In this document: positions 17,599 through 25,555 of the stretch, one piece after another
Layout of the letters: each line of letters begins with the position of its first letter
Numbering within the stretch: position 1 is the stretch's first letter
Notes under the pieces: generated by a model
The model's input: the letters and a program-made list of their open reading frames with translations, nothing else
Database searches by the model: none
Told to the model about the DNA's origin: nothing
Translations under genes and position numbers: made by a program
DNA from: Arcobacteraceae bacterium
Lineage (GTDB): Bacteria > Campylobacterota > Campylobacteria > Campylobacterales > Arcobacteraceae
DNA: 48,698 bases
Reading direction: 5' to 3'
Assembly (NCBI GenBank): GCA_029938215.1
Contig: JAOZVJ010000002.1
Coordinates: 1-48,698, forward strand

Positions 17599-17612
17599 TT
17601 GATAATTATCAA
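17599..17612. promoter_or_regulatory. Perfect Crp/Fnr-family box TTGAT-N4-ATCAA in the divergent Sel1 / haem d1 operon promoter region
   Basis: TTGATAATTATCAA. A -10-like GATAAT/TAATAT (17633-17640) lies at class II-type spacing. The start codon is at 17673. Confidence 0.65.
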
Positions 17613-17672
17613 CTTAAATGAATTATAAATATGATAATATATTACCTTTAAAATATAGAGGATAGCTAGTAT

Positions 17673-18002
17673 ATGAATAGTATAGTTAAATCGGTTTTTT
17701 TTATAATATTTTTATTTAATATTGTATATGCCAATCAATTAACAACAGGTGAAAAAGTTTTTAAAGCATATTGTTGGGGATGTCATCATCAAACATCAGT
17801 AGCGTTTGGTCCATCATTTGAAGAGATTGCAAATAAAAGATCAACAGGTGAAATACAAGGACATATCGTAAGTCCTAAATCTACATACAAACAACTTGGA
17901 CATAAAAGAAGTGTAATGCCAGCTTTTGGCGATAAGTTATCGCAAAAAGAACTTGATCTTATTACTAATTTTATTTTAAACTATAAGACAAAAGGTAAAT
18001 AA
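17673..18002 (+). CDS. Monohaem class I cytochrome c (NirC/NirM-like by context)
   Basis: 109 aa with a signal peptide, a single CWGCH site and a distal Met region (RSVMPAF). It is the first gene of the nirJ-nirF-nirE operon. Confidence 0.75.
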   Translation: MNSIVKSVFFIIFLFNIVYANQLTTGEKVFKAYCWGCHHQTSVAFGPSFEEIANKRSTGEIQGHIVSPKSTYKQLGHKRSVMPAFGDKLSQKELDLITNFILNYKTKGK

Positions 18003-19123
18003 TGTTTAGACTTTCAAATTTAATAAAATCAACTTTGGAAAATAAAAAAGAACGACTTTTAAATGGTTCTATAATGATATGGAATTTTACAAATAGATGT
18101 AATCTTTTTTGCCATCATTGTTATAGTAAAGCAGATGCAAACGGAACAGATACTTTATCGTTCGAGCAAATTTGTGATACAATTCCTGGTATGTTAAATG
18201 CTGGTGTTAAATTTGTTATATTTAGCGGTGGAGAGCCATTGATAAGAAAAGATATTTTTGATATCGCAGATGAAATGAAAAAAGCTGGAATCATTACATA
18301 TTTATCTACAAATGGTATGTATATAAATGAAAAAAATGCAAAACAAATTGTAGATACATTTAATTATATAGGCATTAGTATTGACGGAATAGAAGAGATT
18401 CATAATCAATTTAGAGGACATAAAGATTCATATAAAAAAGCAATAGAAGGCATAAAGCATATTCAAAAAGCAGGTGGAAATGCAGGTATTAGATTTACAT
18501 TGACAAAAGAGACGAGAGATAGTTTTTATTCGATGTTTGATTTGGTTGAGGAATTAGGTGCTAATAAACTTTATATATCACATTTAGTATATTCTGGTCG
18601 CGGACTTGATAATCTTGAAATAGATATTACAAAAGAGGAAAGAAGAAAATATGTTGAGTTTATTATAGACAAAGCATTTGAATATTACAAAGCAGGAAAA
18701 GATATAGATGTAGTTACTGGAAATATGGAGATGGATTCTGTTTTATTAATTCAAAGATTTCAAAAAGATTATCCAGAGTTTGTCGATTCTTTAACTACTA
18801 AGCTTAAGGCTTGGGGCGGAAATAGTGCAGGTAATCGTTTGGGTAATATGGATTGGGAAGGAAATGTTAAGCCAGACCCATTTTTTCCAGAATATATTGG
18901 TAATTATTTAGAAACTTCATTTGAAGATGTTTGGGCAGGAAAAAGTAGTGATATTGTTGAAAAATTAAGACAAACACCACGAAATATAAGTGGCAGATGT
19001 AAAGAGTGTAAATATCTTGATATTTGTAATGGCGGAAGCAGAAGTAGAGCTTACGCGATACATGATGATTTATGGGCAGAAGATCCATCGTGTTATTTAT
19101 CTCTTGATGAGATAAGTAAATAA
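18002..19123 (+). CDS. nirJ: Haem d1 biosynthesis radical SAM protein NirJ
   Basis: 373 aa. Radical SAM motif CNLFCHHCY (CxxxCxxC) plus a C-terminal Cys cluster CKECKYLDICNGG. The ATG overlaps the upstream TAA. Confidence 0.85.
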   Translation: MFRLSNLIKSTLENKKERLLNGSIMIWNFTNRCNLFCHHCYSKADANGTDTLSFEQICDTIPGMLNAGVKFVIFSGGEPLIRKDIFDIADEMKKAGIITYLSTNGMYINEKNAKQIVDTFNYIGISIDGIEEIHNQFRGHKDSYKKAIEGIKHIQKAGGNAGIRFTLTKETRDSFYSMFDLVEELGANKLYISHLVYSGRGLDNLEIDITKEERRKYVEFIIDKAFEYYKAGKDIDVVTGNMEMDSVLLIQRFQKDYPEFVDSLTTKLKAWGGNSAGNRLGNMDWEGNVKPDPFFPEYIGNYLETSFEDVWAGKSSDIVEKLRQTPRNISGRCKECKYLDICNGGSRSRAYAIHDDLWAEDPSCYLSLDEISK

Positions 19124-19152
19124 AAAATTAAAATTAAAAATTGGGAGAAAAA

Positions 19153-20298
19153 ATGAGAATTAAAAATCAAATATTATTTGTACTTATATTTATTTGTTCA
19201 TCATTGTTCGGATATGAAAAATATTTTGTAGTTGAGAGAGAATCATCATCGTTGGCTGTTATTGAAAATGGCATAAAATATTCTGTTATGGAAAATATGA
19301 GAAATATGAATCATGGTGTTGTAAAATTTGAAGGAAAAGATGGTTATGTTATCAGTCGTGATGGTTATGTAATCAAATTTGATCCAATCAAAGAAAAAAT
19401 TTTAGCTGAATATAAAACAAGCAAAAGTGCAATTGGATTTGTAATAGGCAAGCATTATGTAGCAGTTGCAAATTATGATGATAAAAGTGTCGATATTTTG
19501 GATAGAGATTTAAAACCTATAAAAAAAGTTAAAACTGGATCAAAAAATGTTGGCATAAAAATATATAAAGATTATTTGATTTTTGCACAAATGGATAATG
19601 ATAAACTTACTATTTTAAAAGATATGAATTGTGGGGCAAAAAAACCAAATTTTAAATTATATAAAGAATTTGAAAATGTTGGAGAGTTGCCATTTGATGC
19701 GATGATTCAAGATAATAAATATATTGTAGGATTTTTTACATCTAAGCATTTTGGTACTATTGATTTAGATGCAATGACTTTTAAAAAAGTAAAAATATTT
19801 TTAGATGAAAAAAGAAAAATGGTGCTAAAAGTTCCTCATTTTGGTTTTTGGTCAATAGGTGGAGATAAGGTTTTTGTTCCTGCAGTTGGTGATAATAAAG
19901 TTTTAGTTTATGATATGAATTTTAATTTTATACAAAATATTAAAACAGAAGGAATGCCAGTATTTACAAGTTTAAGTCCTGATAAAAAACATTTAGCTGT
20001 TACTTTTAGTGGTAAAAAATTTCCAGTTATTCAAATAATAGATACAAAAACCTTAAAAATTATAAAAAGATTTGAATTTGAAGGTAAAGTTTTACATGTA
20101 AGATGGTCAAAAAATAAACCACATTTGTATGTTTCTGTAAATGATGCAAATGTAGTAGCAGTTCTTGATGTAAACGATTGGTATAGAGCAAGAGATGTTT
20201 TAAATATAAAAAAACCATCTGGTATCTTTATATATGATGCCCAAGGTCATGAATCACCCGCAACAACTTTTCAAAGTAAAGGACGAAAATATGAGTAA
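19153..20298 (+). CDS. nirF: NirF-like cd1-type beta-propeller protein (haem d1 biosynthesis), no haem c site
   Basis: ATG 19153, preceded by GGAGA, is preferred over TTG 19141. 381 aa with a signal peptide, a propeller-like repeat pattern and no CxxCH. Confidence 0.7.
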   Translation: MRIKNQILFVLIFICSSLFGYEKYFVVERESSSLAVIENGIKYSVMENMRNMNHGVVKFEGKDGYVISRDGYVIKFDPIKEKILAEYKTSKSAIGFVIGKHYVAVANYDDKSVDILDRDLKPIKKVKTGSKNVGIKIYKDYLIFAQMDNDKLTILKDMNCGAKKPNFKLYKEFENVGELPFDAMIQDNKYIVGFFTSKHFGTIDLDAMTFKKVKIFLDEKRKMVLKVPHFGFWSIGGDKVFVPAVGDNKVLVYDMNFNFIQNIKTEGMPVFTSLSPDKKHLAVTFSGKKFPVIQIIDTKTLKIIKRFEFEGKVLHVRWSKNKPHLYVSVNDANVVAVLDVNDWYRARDVLNIKKPSGIFIYDAQGHESPATTFQSKGRKYE

Positions 20299-21025
20299 GA
20301 CAGTACATTTAGTTGGAGCTGGACCTGGAGATATAGAATTAATGACAGTAAAGTCTTTAAGACTTATAAGAGAAGCAGATGTTATTATTTTTGATAGGCT
20401 AGCAAATCCTTTAATTCTTAAAGAAGCACCGCAAGGATGTGAATTTATAGATGTTGGAAAAACTGATGGAAAACATCCAGTAAAACAACCTGAAATTAAT
20501 GAGATAATATATCAATCATCTTTAAAATATGAAAATGTTGTAAGATTAAAAGGTGGTGATCCATTTGTATTTGGTAGAGGTGGTGAAGAAGCTTTGTATT
20601 TAAGAGAAAGAGGTGTTGGTTTTGATATAATTCCGGGGATTACTTCAGCAATTAGTGTTCCTGCATATGCTGGAATACCAGTTACTCAAAGAGGAGTTGT
20701 GAGTTCTTTTAGAGTAATAACAGGACATGAAGCTCCAGGAAAAGCAGTATCTCAAATTGATTGGGATTCTTTTGCAACAGATGAGACTTTGGTATTTTTA
20801 ATGGGATTAAATAATCTTGGAAGAATATCGTCAAATTTGATTAAAATTGGAAAAAGAAAAGATTATCCTTGTGCTGTTATTAGCAAAGGAACTACAGAAA
20901 ATCAAAAAGTTGTTATAGGAACACTTGAAACAATAGAAGAAAAAGCAAAAGGATTAGAAACTCCAGCTCTTATAATTGTTGGTGAAGTTGTTAATTTAAG
21001 AGATGAACTTAGGTGGTTTGACTAG
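20291..21025 (+). CDS. nirE: Uroporphyrinogen-III C-methyltransferase (SUMT; NirE/CobA)
   Basis: ATG 20291 overlaps the nirF stop (ATGAGTAA). MSKTVHLVGAGPGDIELMTVKSLRLIREADVIIFDRL and RLKGGDPFVFGRGGEE are SUMT signatures. Confidence 0.85.
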   Translation: MSKTVHLVGAGPGDIELMTVKSLRLIREADVIIFDRLANPLILKEAPQGCEFIDVGKTDGKHPVKQPEINEIIYQSSLKYENVVRLKGGDPFVFGRGGEEALYLRERGVGFDIIPGITSAISVPAYAGIPVTQRGVVSSFRVITGHEAPGKAVSQIDWDSFATDETLVFLMGLNNLGRISSNLIKIGKRKDYPCAVISKGTTENQKVVIGTLETIEEKAKGLETPALIIVGEVVNLRDELRWFD

Positions 21026-21037
21026 CCTTGCAAATAT

Positions 21038-21943
21038 ATGGTAAATAAATTTCATAAGTATATAAAAGCAGTAGGTACAGGTTCTAAGCATAATTGTGAT
21101 TTATCACGAGAAGAGATGTGCGAAATGATGACTGCTGTTTTGAAATCAGAACTTTATTCTGAACAGGTTAGTGCCTTTTTGTTGGGATGGAGAGTTAAGC
21201 CTGAAACTGTTGAAGAATTTATAGGCGCATTTGATGCTTTTGATAAGTTTATTAAAAAAGTACCTATAGAAAATTCTATCGAAATAGGTTATCCTTATGA
21301 TGGAAAAGTAAATAATCCATATTTGTTTTTGCTAATGGCAAAATATTTAAAAAAATATAATTTAAATATTGCTGTAAGCGGAGATGAACTCCAGCCAGCT
21401 AAATCAGGTATTACCGTAAAAGAAATTTGTGAAAATAAAAACCCAGAAGATAATTTATTTTATTTTGATAGAAAAGATTATTTTAAAGAACTAAGTTCGC
21501 TTACAACAATAAGAAACAGACTTGGTTTAAGAACTGGTATCAATTCTATTGAAAGACTTTTGAATCCTACAGATTCTAAAATTGCTCTTTTGGGTGTGTT
21601 TCATAAACCTTTTGTGCAAAAATATGTTGATATATTTTCGCAAAGATATAAAAAACTAATCATAATTAAAGGCAATGAGGGAACACCTGAAATTTTTAGT
21701 AAATGTAAATATTGGATTTGCGAAAACAATCAAATATCAGAACATATAATAGATCCATTAGATTTTGGAATAAATTATAAAAAATCATGGGATAAAATTT
21801 CATTAAAACAATCACTCGACACAATAGCCAATCCATCAAATGAATTGATTAAATTAGTAAAATTAAATGTGGCAATGTTGCTTTTTGTAGCAAATAAAGT
21901 TCAAACTATTGAAGATGGGTATAAAGCACTGGAGATGTGCTAA
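21038..21943 (+). CDS. TrpD-like (glycosyltransferase family 3 fold) protein with degenerate catalytic motifs
   Basis: 301 aa. The N-terminal helical part LSREEMCEMMTAVLKSELYSEQVSAFLLGWRVKPETVEEFIGA and the segment RNRLGLRTGINSIERLLNP parallel TrpD. However GTGGDG is replaced by GYPYDG and KHGN by VSGD. Confidence 0.55.
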   Translation: MVNKFHKYIKAVGTGSKHNCDLSREEMCEMMTAVLKSELYSEQVSAFLLGWRVKPETVEEFIGAFDAFDKFIKKVPIENSIEIGYPYDGKVNNPYLFLLMAKYLKKYNLNIAVSGDELQPAKSGITVKEICENKNPEDNLFYFDRKDYFKELSSLTTIRNRLGLRTGINSIERLLNPTDSKIALLGVFHKPFVQKYVDIFSQRYKKLIIIKGNEGTPEIFSKCKYWICENNQISEHIIDPLDFGINYKKSWDKISLKQSLDTIANPSNELIKLVKLNVAMLLFVANKVQTIEDGYKALEMC

Positions 21944-22024
21944 ATTAAAATATTTTCAATTTTATCAACTAAATATTATTTTAAAAATGCTATCATTGTC
22001 TAAATTAATTATAAAGGCTGTAGT

Positions 22025-22354
22025 ATGAAATTATTCAAAAAAGTGGCATTGGGTGCTGGAGTAGCTTTGATGTTGAGTTCGACAAATTTATCTGCTGCTG
22101 TTTACACAGTAGAGTCTGGTGATACATTAAAGAGTATTGTTATTAAATTGGGGTTCGATTCTCTTGATGCATCTGGTATTAAGACAGTACCTTCTGGAAA
22201 TTTTAATAAAATATTTCCTGGTGATGAAATAGAATATGCTAAAAAGAAAAAGAAAAAAAGATTTTCTCAGAAAAAACAAAAAACAAAATCAACAAAATTT
22301 TGTTTTAAAGATAATCGTTCTATACATTATAGAGCAAGTGAGAGATGTAAATAA
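22025..22354 (+). CDS. Secreted LysM-domain protein with poly-Lys linker and a basic Cys-loop C-terminal module
   Basis: 109 aa. Signal peptide (...NLSA/AV), LysM-like YTVESGDTLKSIVIKLG...IFPGDEIEY, then KKKKKK, then RFSQKKQKTKSTKFCFKDNRSIHYRASERCK. Confidence 0.7.
   Translation: MKLFKKVALGAGVALMLSSTNLSAAVYTVESGDTLKSIVIKLGFDSLDASGIKTVPSGNFNKIFPGDEIEYAKKKKKKRFSQKKQKTKSTKFCFKDNRSIHYRASERCK
22259..22354 (+). repeat. Copy 1 of a 96-nt direct repeat encoding the shared C-terminal module
   Basis: Differs from 22661-22756 at only two positions, by my manual alignment. Confidence 0.9.
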
Positions 22355-22462
22355 TTTTATTTTTGTAAAATAATTGTTTAGACTGGATGTTGTTTTTGGT
22401 GATACGATTTATAAATTGTATTTAATGTGGTATTTTAGAATTTTTAATAAAGTGAGGTTTAT

Positions 22463-22756
22463 ATGGTAAATTTAGTTATAAAAGGTGTAGCAGCTAGTTT
22501 GTTAGCATCATTATTGTTTTCAGGGTGTACAGCAACTACTCAAAGCGTAGAGAAAGATGAAGTAAAAAAAGCTCAAATTTCAGAAGTAAAAAAAGTTGAA
22601 GTTTCAGCAACAGCAAATGAAGTTGAAATTGTAAAAGAAAAGAAAAAGAAAAAGAAGAAAAGATTTTCTCAGAAAAAACAAAAAGCAAAATCAACAAAAT
22701 TTTGTTTTAAAGATAATCGTTCTATACATTATAGAGCAAGCGAGAGATGTAAATAA
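22463..22756 (+). CDS. Lipoprotein with E/K-rich linker, poly-Lys and the same C-terminal Cys-loop module
   Basis: 97 aa. Lipobox LLFSGC, then a charged linker, KKKKKKK, then RFSQKKQKAKSTKFCFKDNRSIHYRASERCK. Confidence 0.7.
   Translation: MVNLVIKGVAASLLASLLFSGCTATTQSVEKDEVKKAQISEVKKVEVSATANEVEIVKEKKKKKKKRFSQKKQKAKSTKFCFKDNRSIHYRASERCK
22661..22756 (+). repeat. Copy 2 of the 96-nt direct repeat
   Basis: Offset is exactly 402 nt from copy 1. Mismatches are a/g (Thr/Ala codon) and t/c (synonymous Ser). Confidence 0.9.
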
Positions 22757-22785
22757 AAATTTATATTTTACTTGAATATATTAAA

Positions 22786-22811
22786 AAGAGATAGAGTTTT
22801 ATCTATCTCTT
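22786..22811. terminator. Hairpin between the second small-protein gene and the convergent nirDL-type gene
   Basis: 10-bp stem AAGAGATAGA (22786-22795) / TCTATCTCTT (22802-22811). Confidence 0.6.
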
Positions 22812-22830
22812 CTATTTGATAACATATAGA

Positions 22831-23826
22831 TTATATGTAGCTTTCTTCCCATTTTTCAAAATCTTTAGAAAAATATTTTATTCTTACTTTTTTAAATTCT
22901 CTTGATGAGTATAAAGGCATATAAGATTTATATTTAATTTCTTTTTTTATATCTTCAATCACATTGTTTGTGTCTTCGGTTGTTTTGCCATGAATCATTG
23001 TAAAAAGATTAAATTTCCAATTATCATATTTTGGTCTTAAATAACAATGACTTACTGCACTAAAAGAAGCTGCAGTTTTTCCTATATTTTCACCATCTTT
23101 TTCATCTACATCCCATACAACCATTGCATTTGCATTAAATCCAGCATTTCTATGATTTAAAATTGAAGCAAATCTTCTCATCATTCCGCTTTTTTGAAGT
23201 TCATCAACTATACGAAAAAATTTATCATAATCAATACGGAGTTTTTTAATAATATCTGCAAATGGTTTAGATTTTATTTCAATATCATCTTGCAAAAGTC
23301 TAACAACATCCATATGCAGAGGTGTCATATCGATATTAATTTTTTCTTTTTTAGTAATTTTTTCTTTCTTTTCTTCTTTGCCTGTAGTATCTAATTTTAC
23401 GGAAATTTTAAAAAGTTTTAAAGTTGGTAGCATTATATAGTCATTAGATTTTGTTAATTTTGCTAAAATTTCTATGGTTTTATCTAGCCCAAATTTGCTA
23501 TCAGGGGCTACAGCCATAGTAAACCAGATGTTGAACTTATGATTTCTTTCATAATTGTGTGAAACACCAGGGTGTGCATTTATAATTTTAACTGCATCAT
23601 CAATTTTATCTTCATCTATTTCAAAAGCTACAAGTGATGATTTATAACCTAAACTTTTAGTATCAAATATTGCTGATGTTTGTCTTATAATTTTTAGCTC
23701 TTTTTGATCTTGTATTATTGAAATAACTTCATTTTCGCTAATTCCAAGTTCTTTGGCAATAGCCTCAAAAGGTCTTGCTACAAGAGGAAAGTTCTTTTGT
23801 ACTCTTAGTAAAATTTCTTTAGTCAT
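22831..23826 (-). CDS. Fused AsnC/Lrp-like siroheme decarboxylase (NirD/L/G/H, AhbA/B family)
   Basis: 331 aa = two tandem modules. Each has an N-terminal HTH-like part (e.g. LLRVQKNFPLVARPFEAIAKELGISENEV and VVRLLQDDIEIKSKPFADIIKKLRIDYDKF) followed by an AsnC-type domain. Confidence 0.7.
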   Translation of the reverse strand: MTKEILLRVQKNFPLVARPFEAIAKELGISENEVISIIQDQKELKIIRQTSAIFDTKSLGYKSSLVAFEIDEDKIDDAVKIINAHPGVSHNYERNHKFNIWFTMAVAPDSKFGLDKTIEILAKLTKSNDYIMLPTLKLFKISVKLDTTGKEEKKEKITKKEKINIDMTPLHMDVVRLLQDDIEIKSKPFADIIKKLRIDYDKFFRIVDELQKSGMMRRFASILNHRNAGFNANAMVVWDVDEKDGENIGKTAASFSAVSHCYLRPKYDNWKFNLFTMIHGKTTEDTNNVIEDIKKEIKYKSYMPLYSSREFKKVRIKYFSKDFEKWEESYI

Positions 23827-23976
23827 TGTAATCTTTCTTATTGTTAAATTTTTAAAAGTTATTGTATCGAATATAGGTAATTTTAAGATTAATTTATATT
23901 AATATTTATTAATTTCTTTTATGATAAAATGCAAATACAAATTAAGCCCAAAAGGGTTAAACCAAGGAGCGTTATA

Positions 23977-24552
23977 GTGGCTTATTTTCCAGCTTTTATA
24001 AAACTAGATAGTATTGATATTTTAATAGTAGGTGGCGGTTATATCGCAAGTGAAAAACTAGAGCATTTGCTTGATTTTACAAAAAATATTACAGTAATAG
24101 CACCAAAGCTAGATGCAAATATGAAAAAAATGATTGATGATAATAGCTTGCCATATGAAAATAGAATTTATAAAAAAGCAGATATTAAAAGTTTTGGTGT
24201 AGTTATAGTTGCCGTTGATGATATACCTTTGCAAGAAGAGATTTTTAAAGAAGCTAAAACTTATCCAAACTGTTTGGTAAATAGTGTTGATAGTGTAAAT
24301 TATTGTGATTTTATATTTCCATCTTATATAAAAAAAGACGATTTAACAATCGCGGTTTCTACAAGCGGAAGTTCTCCAGCAATGGCAAAACATTTAAGAA
24401 GATATTTGCAAAATTTAATACCTGATTCTATTGGTGATTTTTTAAGGAAAATGAAAGACTATAGAAAAACTATGCCAAAAGGAAAAGAGAGAATGGAATT
24501 TCTTGATAAAAAAGCACAAGATTATATATCAACTTGGAATAAAAAAATATAA
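23977..24552 (+). CDS. Precorrin-2 dehydrogenase / sirohydrochlorin ferrochelatase (SirC/Met8/CysG N-domain-like)
   Basis: GTG 23977, 7 nt after AAGGAG, is preferred over ATG 23929. FPAFIKLDSIDILIVGGGYIASEKL (Rossmann) and LTIAVSTSGSSPAMAKHLR match the CysG N-domain. Confidence 0.7.
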   Translation: MAYFPAFIKLDSIDILIVGGGYIASEKLEHLLDFTKNITVIAPKLDANMKKMIDDNSLPYENRIYKKADIKSFGVVIVAVDDIPLQEEIFKEAKTYPNCLVNSVDSVNYCDFIFPSYIKKDDLTIAVSTSGSSPAMAKHLRRYLQNLIPDSIGDFLRKMKDYRKTMPKGKERMEFLDKKAQDYISTWNKKI

Positions 24553-24555
24553 CTT

Positions 24556-24972
24556 GTGAGATTAAATAAAATATTATTCTTTTTATGTTTGTTTGGATTT
24601 ATTGTAAATATAAATGCTGACCACATAAGATGGCATGGAAATTATGAAAAAGCATTGCTTGTTGCAAAAAAACAAAATAAACCATTGATGGTATTTCTGA
24701 GAAAAAAAGATTGTGCGGATTGTCGAAAAATGCTAGAGGTTAGTTTCTTAAATCAGTCATATGTAAAAAAATTAAATGACAAATATATCGCAGTAATTGC
24801 TACTTATGAAGGTATGAGTAACTACCCGATTGAAATGTTTTACACTTTAGATTTTCCTACATTATTTTTTGTATCATCCAATGACGAGTCATTTTTAATT
24901 GATCCAATTTCTGGATTTGTGACACCAGATGATTTGAATTCTAGTATTGAGTTGTTGCATAATTTAAATTAA
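24556..24972 (+). CDS. Secreted thioredoxin-fold protein with CxxC
   Basis: GTG start. 138 aa with a signal peptide (...NINA). NYEKALLVAKKQNKPLMVFLRKKDCADCRKM is typical of thioredoxin_7/DUF255-like proteins. Confidence 0.55.
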   Translation: MRLNKILFFLCLFGFIVNINADHIRWHGNYEKALLVAKKQNKPLMVFLRKKDCADCRKMLEVSFLNQSYVKKLNDKYIAVIATYEGMSNYPIEMFYTLDFPTLFFVSSNDESFLIDPISGFVTPDDLNSSIELLHNLN

Positions 24973-25532
24973 AATAAATTTGATTGTTCTAATGATTTTA
25001 TTTTAAAACTTTTTCTATGAAAATCTGAATACCCAAATTTTTTAATAGCTTCCACATGAGCTTTTGTTCCATAGCCTTTATGTTTTTCAAAATTATATTC
25101 ATGATATTTTAAAGCAACTTCACACACAAATCTATCTCTGCTTACTTTTGCCAAAATTGAAGCAGCACTAACCTCTTTGATAGTTGCATCTGCTTTTATT
25201 TTGTGTTCTAGATTTTCAATTCCAAAAGATGTATTTCCATCCATAAGATATGTTTTGGCATCTAAGTTTTTCATTATTTCTGTAATAGAATTTTTTAATG
25301 CCTTGCTTAAACCAATCTCGTCTAAAGCTATATTGCTGACGAATACTATATGATAAAATGAATTTTCTTTAATTGTGTCAAATAAGGCTTCTCGTTTTTT
25401 TTCAGTTAATTTTTTTGAATCGTTTAGTCCGCATATGTCTTTTTTTAACACAACGCCTGCTACTACCAAAGGACCTGCAAGAGGACCTCTCCCAGCTTCA
25501 TCAATACCGCATAAGTTATTTGTTTTTTTCAT
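24969..25532 (-). CDS. rnhB: Ribonuclease HII
   Basis: 187 aa with the catalytic motif GIDEAGRGPLAGPLVVAGV and DSKKL. Confidence 0.92.
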   Translation of the reverse strand: MKKTNNLCGIDEAGRGPLAGPLVVAGVVLKKDICGLNDSKKLTEKKREALFDTIKENSFYHIVFVSNIALDEIGLSKALKNSITEIMKNLDAKTYLMDGNTSFGIENLEHKIKADATIKEVSAASILAKVSRDRFVCEVALKYHEYNFEKHKGYGTKAHVEAIKKFGYSDFHRKSFKIKSLEQSNLF

Positions 25533-25555
25533 AAGATATTATAGCCAGTATTGGT

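Noticed and set aside
20234-20290. Longer N-terminal extensions offered by the ORF track for several genes: nirE from 20234, nirF from 19141, rpsQ from 31315, rplE from 32241, the sirC-like gene from 23929 and the HTH gene from 37808.
   Set aside because: The extensions overlap the preceding gene or lack an RBS. Internal starts have good Shine-Dalgarno spacing and give N-termini matching the family norm.
22241-22662. A-rich Lys-coding tracts (AAAAAGAAAAAGAAAAAAAG at about 22241-22260, and the AAG/AAA run at about 22637-22660) considered as slipped-strand phase-variation switches.
   Set aside because: The longest uninterrupted homopolymer is only about 7 A. The tracts are interrupted by G. 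Known phase-variable tracts in this phylum are mainly long poly-G/C. I kept this only as a note within the small-protein finding.
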